Shown: positions 16,119 through 24,982, counted from the first letter of the stretch. The stretch is DNA of 27,638 nucleotides from a virus (IMGVR_UViG_3300043394_000460:1-27638), one strand, 5' to 3'. Notes: generated by a model not told the origin, from the letters alone. Numbers and translations: made by a program.

Positions 16119-16857
16119 TGAATCGTTTTAACATGTCTACATAATCGTGTTTCCAATTAGGGTTGAGTTGGATTTCACCTGTAGGAATCTTTCCTTGGGC
16201 CCTTAGGTTCTCTATATGAAGACTATGTCTTTGTATAACATTAGGCTGACCAGGTTTGTCATGTCCTTGTCCAGACATGTGATAACTACGTCCTCCCCAC
16301 ATATAAAACCAACTAGCTTCGTGCTTTGGTGGATTAGCAAACAACTTTCCTCCATAAGCATGTAGATTCTGTATGAAGGTCATATCATATCCAGCATTCT
16401 CAATAGGATGGTGTCCAACAGCTTCCCATGCAGACTTTCTGAATACAACACCAGAATTCCCTATCCATGTAATATCTGTAATAGAATTACCATTATAGAA
16501 TACACCAGGATTCCAATGTAGAATATTCACATCATCTGTGAAATACTTAGCTACATTGTTAAGATGCCACGGCATAGCTACATCATCATCATCCCATTGA
16601 CAGATAATATCACCTCTACATAAGTCTGTAGCGTAATTTTCTTTCTCTCCAATTGTTCCAAATGTAAAATCCATATTATGGATTCTCACTTGGGGATGAT
16701 CAAACCTAAGTTTTTGTAAGGGATAGTCATTAACTATAACCAGCTCACAAAGATCAGCAGGGTAGTCCTGCTTGAGGAAAGAGTTTAAGCTCTCCTCAAG
16801 CATTTCCACTCTACCGTAAGTTATGCACTTTGCTGATATAAACGGTAATTTACTCAT
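16105..16857 (-). CDS. GT2-family glycosyltransferase
   Basis: ITYGR..LEESL.SFL.QDY, ELVIVND, WDDDD. Confidence 0.85.
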   Translation of the reverse strand: MSKLPFISAKCITYGRVEMLEESLNSFLKQDYPADLCELVIVNDYPLQKLRFDHPQVRIHNMDFTFGTIGEKENYATDLCRGDIICQWDDDDVAMPWHLNNVAKYFTDDVNILHWNPGVFYNGNSITDITWIGNSGVVFRKSAWEAVGHHPIENAGYDMTFIQNLHAYGGKLFANPPKHEASWFYMWGGRSYHMSGQGHDKPGQPNVIQRHSLHIENLRAQGKIPTGEIQLNPNWKHDYVDMLKRFNENK

Positions 16858-17578
16858 TGTATGTTACTTTTTTGAAGCATTCGTTACTTCCATTAAAAGT
16901 TAGAATAGGGTGATATTTATCATCTTTATTTATTCTTTTTAAATCTGTTTCCAGTTTATACATTTCTTCAGCAGATCCTTCAAAAATTTTTACTATTGTA
17001 TAGAAATAAGGCATTTCTGTTTTAGAAATAAATCTTTTTTTAACTGATGCAAAGGTTCTACCTATTTTAAAAAATGCTTCATTACTATTCCAACATTGAA
17101 TAATATAAACTTTAAAAGATTCAAACTTTTTTGATTTTTTAGAAGCATTTATCCAATTTGTCAATGTCCATCCAGTGTGACATTCTGATTTTTTCTTAGA
17201 GATTTTTAAGTTTTTACATTTTGGACAACCTTGACCTTTTAGATGAGCATTAGGTAACTGATCAAATTGACCATGTTTCTTACAAATTATTGTTATCTTT
17301 TTTACAGAAGATGTATAATTTGCAAGATTATAATTATATTCAAAGTTATGAATTGCATTTGCTTTATTACTATAATATAGATTTTTATCAACTGCACATT
17401 GTATAGTTGAAGAAACACCTGCTAATAAATGTTGTTTTCTAACTTTACAAAATCCAAACTCAGTTCTTGCAATAACATAACTTTTATTATTTCCCACCTC
17501 TTCTAAAATATCAATAGAAGAAGTGGGAAACTTTTGTTTAAACTCTGCTTTAAATTTATCTAAAGCAGTTAGTTCCAT
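16850..17578 (-). CDS. Putative homing endonuclease (DUF723-like Zn motif + GIY-YIG/T5orf172-like domain)
   Basis: IICKKHGQF.Q....HLKGQGCPKC, then VYII...FFKIGRT....KKRF...E; AT-rich. Confidence 0.75.
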   Translation of the reverse strand: MELTALDKFKAEFKQKFPTSSIDILEEVGNNKSYVIARTEFGFCKVRKQHLLAGVSSTIQCAVDKNLYYSNKANAIHNFEYNYNLANYTSSVKKITIICKKHGQFDQLPNAHLKGQGCPKCKNLKISKKKSECHTGWTLTNWINASKKSKKFESFKVYIIQCWNSNEAFFKIGRTFASVKKRFISKTEMPYFYTIVKIFEGSAEEMYKLETDLKRINKDDKYHPILTFNGSNECFKKVTYNE

Positions 17579-17865
17579 ATGTGTATAATATCAAAAGGTG
17601 AAACTAATAGCACTTCTTTACCTTCTCCTAAAGGTACCACTGTAGCTTTTCTAGCTAATGCTTCTGGGTCTACTAACACTTCTTCTCCTACAGAGACACT
17701 AGTAACTAAGTCACCTACAGCATACACCTTTAATTTAGACATCTTACTAAGAAGTTCTTTCTTAAGAGCTTCTTTTGTATTCTCGTCTACAATAATCTTA
17801 CTGTCGTCTTCCTTAGTAGGAAGTTCTAAGTAGATACGATTTCCTAATAACTTTTTGAATTCCAT
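17569..17865 (-). CDS. GroES-like co-chaperonin
   Basis: KLLGNRIYLE, KVYAVG..V..VSVGEEVLV, LLV...DII; 98 aa. Confidence 0.7.
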   Translation of the reverse strand: MEFKKLLGNRIYLELPTKEDDSKIIVDENTKEALKKELLSKMSKLKVYAVGDLVTSVSVGEEVLVDPEALARKATVVPLGEGKEVLLVSPFDIIHIWN

Positions 17866-17869
17866 TGGT

Positions 17870-18136
17870 TTATTTTAATGTGTTAATAAATTTCTCAGCA
17901 TCTTCTTTGCTCAAAAGGATTTCACTCTGAAATATATCTCTGACACGTTTCATTCCTTTAACTATTCTTGATTTAGGATCTACGTCAGGAACTTCATGTG
18001 CTCTTTCGTGAAGATCATCTAATAAAACTAGACGTGTGCCGTCTTCATATCCTATAGTTCTAATCACTTTCTCTGTGTTAAAACTATCTAAGAAGGATTT
18101 TTCTCCTTCTGTTCTGGTGTAAAAAAATTGACTCAT
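17870..18136 (-). CDS. Hypothetical protein
   Basis: 88-aa ORF with aaaccaATG start context. Confidence 0.7.
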   Translation of the reverse strand: MSQFFYTRTEGEKSFLDSFNTEKVIRTIGYEDGTRLVLLDDLHERAHEVPDVDPKSRIVKGMKRVRDIFQSEILLSKEDAEKFINTLK

Positions 18137-18142
18137 TGGTTT

Positions 18143-18385
18143 TTAATATTTAAGCGTTAATACTTTCACTACATTCATTTGTGCATTTAGGATTTCTCCT
18201 ACTGCGTGACTGAACAATCGCTGACTAAACTGCGATTGAGGCTGATTGTCATTGTGGTCATTTAATAAATCTGCTAACTCAGCGCATAGCTCTTTAGCTC
18301 TCTGCACTTTTGGATCATTACTGGGATTGAATGTTAGTCCTACTAACTTCTCTCCAAACGTCATTTCTCTTGTTGTTTGTTCCAT
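18143..18385 (-). CDS. Acb2/Tad1-hairpin-like small helical protein (candidate immune-signal sponge)
   Basis: TFGEKLVGLTFNPS.D..V..AK..CAELAD and RL...A...I..AQM..VK..T helical-hairpin pattern. Confidence 0.5.
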   Translation of the reverse strand: MEQTTREMTFGEKLVGLTFNPSNDPKVQRAKELCAELADLLNDHNDNQPQSQFSQRLFSHAVGEILNAQMNVVKVLTLKY

Positions 18386-18735
18386 TATAATTGGTTTTTT
18401 AAACTGTGAATTACTTGTTTGAATAAATAATCTTTTGCTTTTTGCTCTGTAGGAAGCTGTTCATAAGGAACATAGCAAGGATGTTCTTTAGTCTCAGGAT
18501 TCTTCACTGGACCATACTTCCATCCTTCTTCTTCTTTCTGTTTTAACCAGCTGTTGTGAGAAGCGTCTGGACCTGCATTTGGGTTTTCTAAATGAAACTT
18601 AACACCTTGAATAGCAGAACTCTTCTGCCATTCTGGAGCATTTTCCCATGTAGGTTGACTGTTATCTCCAATAGCTTCGCAATAAGCTTTGTTGATTTCA
18701 TGTGCAACTTGTGCAACATTTTCAATTGACATCAT
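18385..18735 (-). CDS. RyR-domain protein
   Basis: HNSWLKQKEEEGWKYGPVKNPETKEHPCYVPYEQLPTEQKAKD matches the ryanodine-receptor repeat motif. Start at 18735 or 18732. Confidence 0.85.
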   Translation of the reverse strand: MMSIENVAQVAHEINKAYCEAIGDNSQPTWENAPEWQKSSAIQGVKFHLENPNAGPDASHNSWLKQKEEEGWKYGPVKNPETKEHPCYVPYEQLPTEQKAKDYLFKQVIHSLKNQL

Positions 18736-18745
18736 ATTATTGGTT

Positions 18746-19405
18746 TTAATTTCCATACTCATAATCAAGTATCTTACCTACAAGGTCACTTCTGTGATTC
18801 TCCTTGAGTTTAATCCACTTGATTTCTTTAATCTTTTTAGATAGCTCGATGACATAACTTAGTCCTGTCATGCTATCTCTTGTATCCTGCTGCTCGTTAT
18901 CTCCATTGATAACAATCTTACCAGTCTTGCCTAATCGTGTTAATATGGCCAGCATCTCTGCCTTTGTAAGGTTTTGTGCTTCTTCCACAATCAACAGGTC
19001 ATCAACAGTCTTTCCACGAATGAATTGCACTGGTAGGGCTTTCACCTTACCATCTTGGATTAGTTTCTCCACTTCTTTCTTATCTGTACAACACTTGTTT
19101 AAGTTTTCTACAAATGCTTCCATGTATGGATCAAACTTCTCACTCAATGCTCCAGGCAGAAATCCAAGGCTTTTACCCACTTCAATAGCTGCTCTGGTGT
19201 TATAGATGCAATCAATTTGCTTCTTCTTAAGGAAGTCTAATGCTGCCTGGGCACACACTAGTGATTTACCACAACCAGCTCTTCCTGTAATTATAACTAT
19301 TTGATTCTCAATGATTAAGCGTTTTGCTTCTTTCTGTTCTTCATTAAGCTGTATAGCATTGATAGATTTAATGTCTGCTTTACGCTCTCTATTGGGCTCT
19401 CTCAT
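18746..19405 (-). CDS. phoH: PhoH-family ATPase
   Basis: GRAGCGKS, LGFLPG, FIRGKT, VEEAQN, LTRLG, GD..Q.D. Confidence 0.93.
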   Translation of the reverse strand: MREPNRERKADIKSINAIQLNEEQKEAKRLIIENQIVIITGRAGCGKSLVCAQAALDFLKKKQIDCIYNTRAAIEVGKSLGFLPGALSEKFDPYMEAFVENLNKCCTDKKEVEKLIQDGKVKALPVQFIRGKTVDDLLIVEEAQNLTKAEMLAILTRLGKTGKIVINGDNEQQDTRDSMTGLSYVIELSKKIKEIKWIKLKENHRSDLVGKILDYEYGN

Positions 19406-19820
19406 ACTTAGCTTTTAATAGTTCTCGCCTATTGTTAATCTCTGGATACTTGTAAATATCTCTTTCGACATTATCATGTTGTTCCCATGTCAAAAGTATG
19501 ATGTTTTCTTCATCGAAACAAGCTTCTGGATATTTTTCTTTTGGGAGAATGTGGTGGAAGAATATTGTTAAGGGCTCCTTACCTAAATACTCATTGTTAA
19601 TCTCAGATCTATGTGGCCTTTTATTCCATATCTGTAGGAAGAATGCCACTTGTTCTTCAAAGGTGTGTTGGTTTTTTCCACCATTAGCCCTGTTTTTGGA
19701 CTTAATGGTGGAATTTCCCAACTTTTTACCAACACTTAGAGGTTTTCTAGGTTTGTGCCTAAAGCAATAATCTCCTCCTTCACAATTAGCTCCACATGTC
19801 TTACACTTTTTTGAAGGCAT
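19389..19820 (-). CDS. HNH-like (NinG-like) nuclease
   Basis: N-terminal Cys cluster and HHILPKEKYP....DEENIILL...QH. Confidence 0.6.
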   Translation of the reverse strand: MPSKKCKTCGANCEGGDYCFRHKPRKPLSVGKKLGNSTIKSKNRANGGKNQHTFEEQVAFFLQIWNKRPHRSEINNEYLGKEPLTIFFHHILPKEKYPEACFDEENIILLTWEQHDNVERDIYKYPEINNRRELLKAKYERAQ

Positions 19821-20145
19821 AATAATAGATTACTTGTCTGTCTCTTTTAATTTTCTTTGCTGCTTCTACGGTGTTCAGTCTGAGATGTAGCACCTCTCTT
19901 GAGAATTCTGCAAGAGCTGCTCTTTCTCTTCCCATACCTTCAGAGTGACTTCTTTTTTCTCTGGATAATATTGCTTCTTCTGAAGCACCGTGTTTAGCAC
20001 AGACCTTTTCAAACAGTTCATCTACTGTAGGGATGTTCTTAGGCAGTCCCTTCATTGTATGCCAATCAATCTCTAACGTCTCACCAAATCGATTTTCATA
20101 ATCTTTTTGGTATTGCTTAATCTTTGCTAACTTCTCTGGGGTCAT
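19801..20145 (-). CDS. Hypothetical protein with DnaA C-terminal (domain IV)-like HTH
   Basis: LFEKVC..HG.....ILSREKR......R...-AKKIKRDRQVIYY resembles the DnaA_C pattern ending RDHTTV. Confidence 0.4.
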   Translation of the reverse strand: MTPEKLAKIKQYQKDYENRFGETLEIDWHTMKGLPKNIPTVDELFEKVCAKHGASEEAILSREKRSHSEGMGRERAALAEFSREVLHLRLNTVEAAKKIKRDRQVIYYYAFKKV

Positions 20146-20148
20146 AAT

Positions 20149-20598
20149 TTAATTTTTATCTGTACTACCAAATCCTCCTTCTCCACGTTCTGTAGATGAT
20201 AACTCTTCCACTTCTTCAAACTCTACATCTGGATAGGGTAAGATCATTATTTGAGCAAATCTATCTCCTACATTGTACATGTATGTTTCATCAGGTTTAA
20301 CATCAAACACAGCTTTCACTGGTCCTCTGTATCCACTATCAATTACACCTACTGAGTTTGCCAGTCTCACTCCAGATGAGTGTACACTGCTTCTTGGAAA
20401 TACTAGTCCTACAAATCCTTTAGGAATCTCAAATGCCAGACCTGAATCAATAATAATCTTTACAACTTTACCATCACTGTTTACAGCAAGGTCTAAACTT
20501 ACAGCATGTAAATCCATACCAGCATCTCCTGGCTTACTATATTTCGGAATCACCGCTAGTGGATTCAACTTCTTGATCTTTACTTTCATTGGTTTCAT
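20149..20598 (-). CDS. dut: Trimeric dUTPase
   Basis: DAGMDL, PRSS, NSVGVIDSGYRG, GDRFAQ, RGEGGFGST. Confidence 0.96.
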   Translation of the reverse strand: MKPMKVKIKKLNPLAVIPKYSKPGDAGMDLHAVSLDLAVNSDGKVVKIIIDSGLAFEIPKGFVGLVFPRSSVHSSGVRLANSVGVIDSGYRGPVKAVFDVKPDETYMYNVGDRFAQIMILPYPDVEFEEVEELSSTERGEGGFGSTDKN

Positions 20599-21595
20599 TT
20601 TTTATTTTGTTAATAATAGATTGTTTCACCTCTTCGTAAAACTCTTCATTGTCAAGCAACATTGCTTTGAACTCTTCTAAGTCGTACTTGGTATCATTGA
20701 AGGTCATAGTCTTACCATACTTTCTACCTATCTCTAGGTCATGCATAAGAGCTAGCACCTCACCCACCTTGTCAATACCAAGGCCATAAATAATCTCAAA
20801 TGATGATTGTCTATATGGAGGATTAAGTTTGTTCTTGATAGCTTTCAGCTTAGTAAGATTACCATAGGTAACATCACCTTCTTTAGCCAGACTTCTAGAG
20901 ACTTCTATACGAACGTCTGAATAAAACTTTAAAGCATGCCCACCCTGAGTTGTTGTTGGGTTACCAAACATAACACCAATCTTCTCACGATACTGACTGA
21001 TTACAATAACACAAACGTTGTGTTTTGCAATGGCAGACTTCAGCTTTGGATATGCATTACTGTTTAGAACAGCTTTCTTACCAATGGCAGAGTCACCCAC
21101 TTCACCATCTAAGACCTTTTTAGGAATCAATGAACTATCTGAGTCGATGATAACAAGGTCTACCTCGTCAGTCTGAATCATCTCCATAGCAATATTGAAA
21201 CCCTCTTCACCACAGCTTGGTTGAGCAATCAACATCTTTGTTGTATCCACTCCCAGCTGCTGAAAATATGCTTTATCAACTGCATGCTCACCGTCTATGT
21301 ATAAGACAGTTCCACCTGCTTTCTGACACTCTGCTGCAGCGTGTCCACAGATAGTTGATTTACCTGTACCTTCCCAACCCATTAATTCATAGAGCCTACC
21401 TTTTACAAACCCACCCACTCCTAGCGTGATGTAGTCAAAACCAATTGATCCTGAACTAATTACGTCATAAACATTGTGTGATTTTGAGTCTAGGGCTAAC
21501 ACGGTGCCCACGCCATACGTTTTGTTCAGCTTTTCTAATGCTTCTTGCGTTTTGGTTTTACCACTCGCTACTGTTGTGTCTTTTGCTTTCGCCAT
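20537..21595 (-). CDS. recA: RecA recombinase (phage-type)
   Basis: Walker A GWEGTGKST, YIDGEHA, IIDS, SQYREKIGVMFGNPTTTQGGHALKFY, KNK. Confidence 0.95.
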   Translation of the reverse strand: MAKAKDTTVASGKTKTQEALEKLNKTYGVGTVLALDSKSHNVYDVISSGSIGFDYITLGVGGFVKGRLYELMGWEGTGKSTICGHAAAECQKAGGTVLYIDGEHAVDKAYFQQLGVDTTKMLIAQPSCGEEGFNIAMEMIQTDEVDLVIIDSDSSLIPKKVLDGEVGDSAIGKKAVLNSNAYPKLKSAIAKHNVCVIVISQYREKIGVMFGNPTTTQGGHALKFYSDVRIEVSRSLAKEGDVTYGNLTKLKAIKNKLNPPYRQSSFEIIYGLGIDKVGEVLALMHDLEIGRKYGKTMTFNDTKYDLEEFKAMLLDNEEFYEEVKQSIINKIKNETNESKDQEVESTSGDSEI

Positions 21596-21614
21596 ATACT
21601 TTTTTTTATTTGTT

Positions 21615-21622
21615 CAAATTTA
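21615..21622 (-). promoter_or_regulatory. -7 promoter element TAAATTTG for recA
   Basis: TAnnTTTG match between the terminator and the recA ATG. Confidence 0.55.
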
Positions 21623-21643
21623 CGAAATTCTGTGGATATTCTG

Positions 21644-21680
21644 AAAAAAATATAGCCCCTCCATAGAAATAGAGGGGCTT
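21644..21680 (-). terminator. Rho-independent terminator after the nrdJ/HNH unit
   Basis: AGCCCCTCT-atttctat-GGAGGGGCT followed by ATATTTTTTT on the - strand. Confidence 0.8.
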
Positions 21681-21699
21681 CTATTATTAATCAAAAAAC

Positions 21700-22254
21700 C
21701 TATAAGTTGTCTGCATACATTGTCTTATATACAAGTCTGCACATCTCTGTAAAGTATGGTTGATCATACTTATTTTTCATGATGTTTATATCTTTGTGTA
21801 CCCATTGTACATTTGCTAGAGTGTATCCTTTAGAACTATCTTTTCTGTCTAGAGAAGCTGTTGTAGAATAAGTTTGGTTTGCTCTATCTACAGAAAATGA
21901 TCTTGACATCACTAAAGGAAGTCCTGACAGAGCACATTTGTATTCTTGTTTTTCTAGAAGTTCTAAAATTTCTTCTTTTGTGACAGATACTTCTATCTTT
22001 CTTTTTTTAGCTCCTTCCAATATTCTTGAAAAAAATGTACTGCTTAAATTTCCAACACCTTTATAATGTTTTTCATTTCCACAAGATTTACAACAAGTCG
22101 ATTTTCCTCGTCTAAGAGTATTTGCTAAAATGAATGTTTCAAATCCACATTTACATCTAACATTATACTTGTACCATCTTTTATACTTTTCAACATTTTC
22201 AGAGATGACTTCCCAATCTCCAAACTTTTGTCCTATAATTGGATTAATTCTCAT
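21700..22254 (-). CDS. Free-standing HNH-type homing endonuclease downstream of nrdJ
   Basis: GQKFGDWEVI..CKCG...CCKSC N-terminus, CALSGLPL and SLDRKDSSKGYTLANVQWVHKDINIMK. Start placed at ATG 22254. Confidence 0.85.
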   Translation of the reverse strand: MRINPIIGQKFGDWEVISENVEKYKRWYKYNVRCKCGFETFILANTLRRGKSTCCKSCGNEKHYKGVGNLSSTFFSRILEGAKKRKIEVSVTKEEILELLEKQEYKCALSGLPLVMSRSFSVDRANQTYSTTASLDRKDSSKGYTLANVQWVHKDINIMKNKYDQPYFTEMCRLVYKTMYADNL

Positions 22255-22264
22255 TTTTAAATAT

Positions 22265-22309
22265 TTTGGTAGTACAGCAAATATAAATAACATTTACCGT
22301 ACTACCAAA
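22265..22309 (-). promoter_or_regulatory. Promoter embedded in a long RNA hairpin upstream of the HNH gene
   Basis: TTTG (22309-22306), 20-nt spacer, TATATTTG (22285-22278). Arms TTTGGTAGTACGGTAAATGT / ATATTTGCTGTACTACCAAA pair fully with three G-U pairs. Confidence 0.75.
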
Positions 22310-22316
22310 TTTATTT

Positions 22317-23275
22317 TTAGATATTGATTTCGCATTGGTTTCCTGCGCAGGCACTAACCTGGCCGAAATCTACTCTATCATCCAGTTCTACAACTTTTGA
22401 TAGATCTAGAGATTTTAAAGTGCTTAATCTTTTTTCATACTCTTCCTTAGAAATATCCTCGAAAGGGGCTTGGGTATAACTTCCCCCATCGTAGTTCAAA
22501 ACACTCAAGCCATTGTACACATTACGATTATTCCACATCCATGCTCCTACTACTTGCCACTCATTATTTACCAAAATATCTCTATCTGTAAGAGAAAATA
22601 CTAAATCTCCATTTTCGTTAAATGAAGCATCATATCTTCTATTCTTATCAATAGAAATTGTAGCACTTACGTTGTGTGTATTATCTCCTGTAACATGGCC
22701 AGGCTTAATCCATTCTTGAGAGAACTTCTTAACACGTTCTAATGTGTCAATGGCTGTCTCTGTCCTGAATATAGAACCTTCTGGTGCTTTAACAGGAATA
22801 CGTACACAGATGGTGTCATGAGGACGTAAAATATCATCTTCTACCAGCTCTGGGTGATTTACAATCAAGTAGCTAGCAATGTCCTCACTCTTACCAAAGC
22901 GCATTGTACGTAGGTAGTAATCATTATGCCATGCATGAATACCGCTGGCAGTTCCCAATACAAGACTGGTTGTACCAGAAGGTTTAATACAGGTCACACG
23001 AGCTGCTTCATTGGTGCCAATCATTTCACTGATCAGGCAATTGGTAGCTTTTGCCACTTCTGCAGCTGCATTTAGGTCATAATTAAGGATTTCACCAGAA
23101 CCAATACCAGTCATACCAATACCCAATAAGGCATCTTTTTGTGTGGTTTTGCTCCAGATAGGACGTAGGTAGTGAAAATCTGTAAATCCTGCCTGTAATG
23201 TACCAAAGAAAGCTGCTGCTGTGACACGGTTGTTCAGGTCTTCCTGACTCTCAATATCACTAACATTCACCTCAC
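22317..23275 (-). CDS. nrdJ: Class II (B12-dependent, monomeric RTPR-type) ribonucleotide reductase, exon 2
   Basis: LLGIGMTGI, TCIKPSGTTS, Y.QAPFE.I, C-terminal ACAGNQCEI. Splicing restores FCNLCEVN. Confidence 0.93.
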
Positions 23276-23296
23276 CATAATGTTCAATCAAGTTCG

Positions 23297-23758
23297 TTAC
23301 TCTTGATCAGAATCTTTTGGAATATTTTTTATTATCCAATTTGCAAATGATATTAATTCTTCTTCAGTGGCGTGACTTTTCATCATATTTGCTAAATGAC
23401 TAATCACTTGTATGTTATCTTTAGTATAGCCCTTTTTTGAATCTTTTCTATCTAAAGCAGGAGAGTTTTTCTGACCTCCTGATGCTCCACTTTTACAAAC
23501 TAATTCTGTTCCTAGAATTGGACAATGTTTTGGTATAATAATATCTTTAACAGTTAAATTGAAGTCTAATCCTTTTTGTTTGGCTCTTCCTTTTGCTCTT
23601 TGAAACATTTTTGATTCAGGACTTGTACACTTTACTCGTTCTGAGTTACACTTGTTACAAAGAGTTACTGTTTTAGAGGTTTTAAGAAACATTGCACCAC
23701 AATTAGTACATTCTCGTTCTGTCTCTGATATTTTATAACCTTCTCGATTTATTCTCAT
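23297..23758 (-). CDS. Intron-encoded HNH-type homing endonuclease
   Basis: CxxC..CxxC, CPILG, PALDRKDSKKGYTKDNIQVISHLANMMK. Lies within the intron, 3' of P9. Confidence 0.9.
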   Translation of the reverse strand: MRINREGYKISETERECTNCGAMFLKTSKTVTLCNKCNSERVKCTSPESKMFQRAKGRAKQKGLDFNLTVKDIIIPKHCPILGTELVCKSGASGGQKNSPALDRKDSKKGYTKDNIQVISHLANMMKSHATEEELISFANWIIKNIPKDSDQE

Positions 23759-23760
23759 AG

Positions 23761-23805
23761 TTTTGTATTTTTACAAAATTACAGAACTTGTTCGAGATTT
23801 CCAAA
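23761..23805 (-). promoter_or_regulatory. Intron-internal promoter plus start-proximal hairpin
   Basis: TTTG (23805-23802), 20-nt spacer, TAATTTTG (23781-23774). Stem TTTTGTA-AAAA-TACAAAA ends 2 nt before the ATG. Confidence 0.7.
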
Positions 23806-24003
23806 TTTTCATCAATATATTTCTATATTGTTCAGACTATATCATCACCCTTTCGGGGCCCTGTGCTTCCACTCACTTGAGTGTACGTCTTTCGACTAGT
23901 CGTTGAACCTTCCTATTTCTAGGCTCGGCTGCTGATTGTCTTCACCATTATGTGGTCAGAGTTCCCAGCAATTCTCAGGGTTTTAAATCTCCATGAGTAG
24001 TTT

Positions 24004-24982
24004 AGAGATTACAGAACTGGAATGGACGCAATCCAATCTCACAACATGGGTTGGTTCCCCAATCCTTATTGTTAGTCCAGTAGATTCCTGGTTCACCACT
24101 TCCACTTGCTTCTATTCTCTTCCAAAGGGCCATAAACTCCTCTTCACCAACATTTCCTCTTTCCAATACAGCAGAGTTGTTACTTCTACCTCTTTGTTCA
24201 TTCAGCTCCCACCAGTTACCGTATTTACAGGTAATCATTTCTTCATCATCGTGGCTGAATAAAGAGATCATTGCACTCCTTCTGATACCACCAGCTAATA
24301 CGGAATTAGCAATATGGCACATAATGTCATGGCATTCTAATGGACTAAGCTTAGATCCATTCTCCTTACGCTCCATAATAGCCTCAATATGAGCTAAACA
24401 TAGCTTAAGTGGCTCTGGACCAGGTGCTTTACCACCAGCTGTAACTAGTCTGGCTCCTTTGTGCCTGATTGCTCTGAAGTCAAACTTAGGCTTATGGCCT
24501 CCTTCAAAGTAGAATTTCATAAGGACCTTCACAGCATCTGCCCATCCCATGATGCTATCTTCAATTAAATACGTACGATTCTTGGGGTTTTCTACCCTTA
24601 CAACTGTAGGTAGTTGTTCCACATGGTGTTTCTGTACGGAGAATCCTACACCACTTCCTCCTAATAATAGGAACATTGTCTCGCTAAAGCTGTATAGACT
24701 GTCTACAGGTAGGTAGGCACAATTGTATCCTCTTGCATTATTCACTTCCATTGCTGGTCCAGCGAACTGTAGAGCTCTCATAGAGGGTAACACCTTCTTC
24801 TGTCTGATGAACACGGTGGTCTCTTTAATCATTGCTTCAAGCTTAGGATACTTCCTAATCATCATCTGTTCATACCTGTCAACAATTTCATCCCATGTCT
24901 CTCTTCTTTTGAGCTCAGGAACATACTTTGCATACTTACTGAAAACCGTCAGCTTACTTAGCGCTTCCAATCCTAAATCCAT
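24004..24982 (-). CDS. nrdJ: Class II ribonucleotide reductase, exon 1
   Basis: KYA....RRETW, LPSMR, YNCAY, GSGVGFS, GGIRRSA, GEPG, TNPCCEI. Exons of 979 + 959 nt give 646 codons including the stop. Confidence 0.95.

Larger units (their letters stand above)
23276..24003 (-). mobile_element. Group I self-splicing intron (IA2-like), 728 nt, carrying an HNH ORF
   Basis: P1 AATCTCT/GGAGATT with U-G at the splice site, P3 CCCTG/CAGGG, P element AATTGCTGGGAA (23973-23962), Q AATCAGCAG, R GTTCAACGACTA (23908-23897), P7.1 GTC-GAAA-GAC, P7.2 CACTC-AAGT-GAGTG, S GATATAGTCT (23843-23834), P9 CAATATA-GAAA-TATATTG, terminal G at 23276, P10 CTCAT/GTGAG. Confidence 0.93.

Noticed and set aside
20537-21595. 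Intein or intron in recA
   Set aside because: Normal length (352 aa) with contiguous motifs.
22317-23291. Independent 324-aa gene starting at TTG 23291
   Set aside because: Its first codons lie in the intron 3' end. It is exon 2 of nrdJ.
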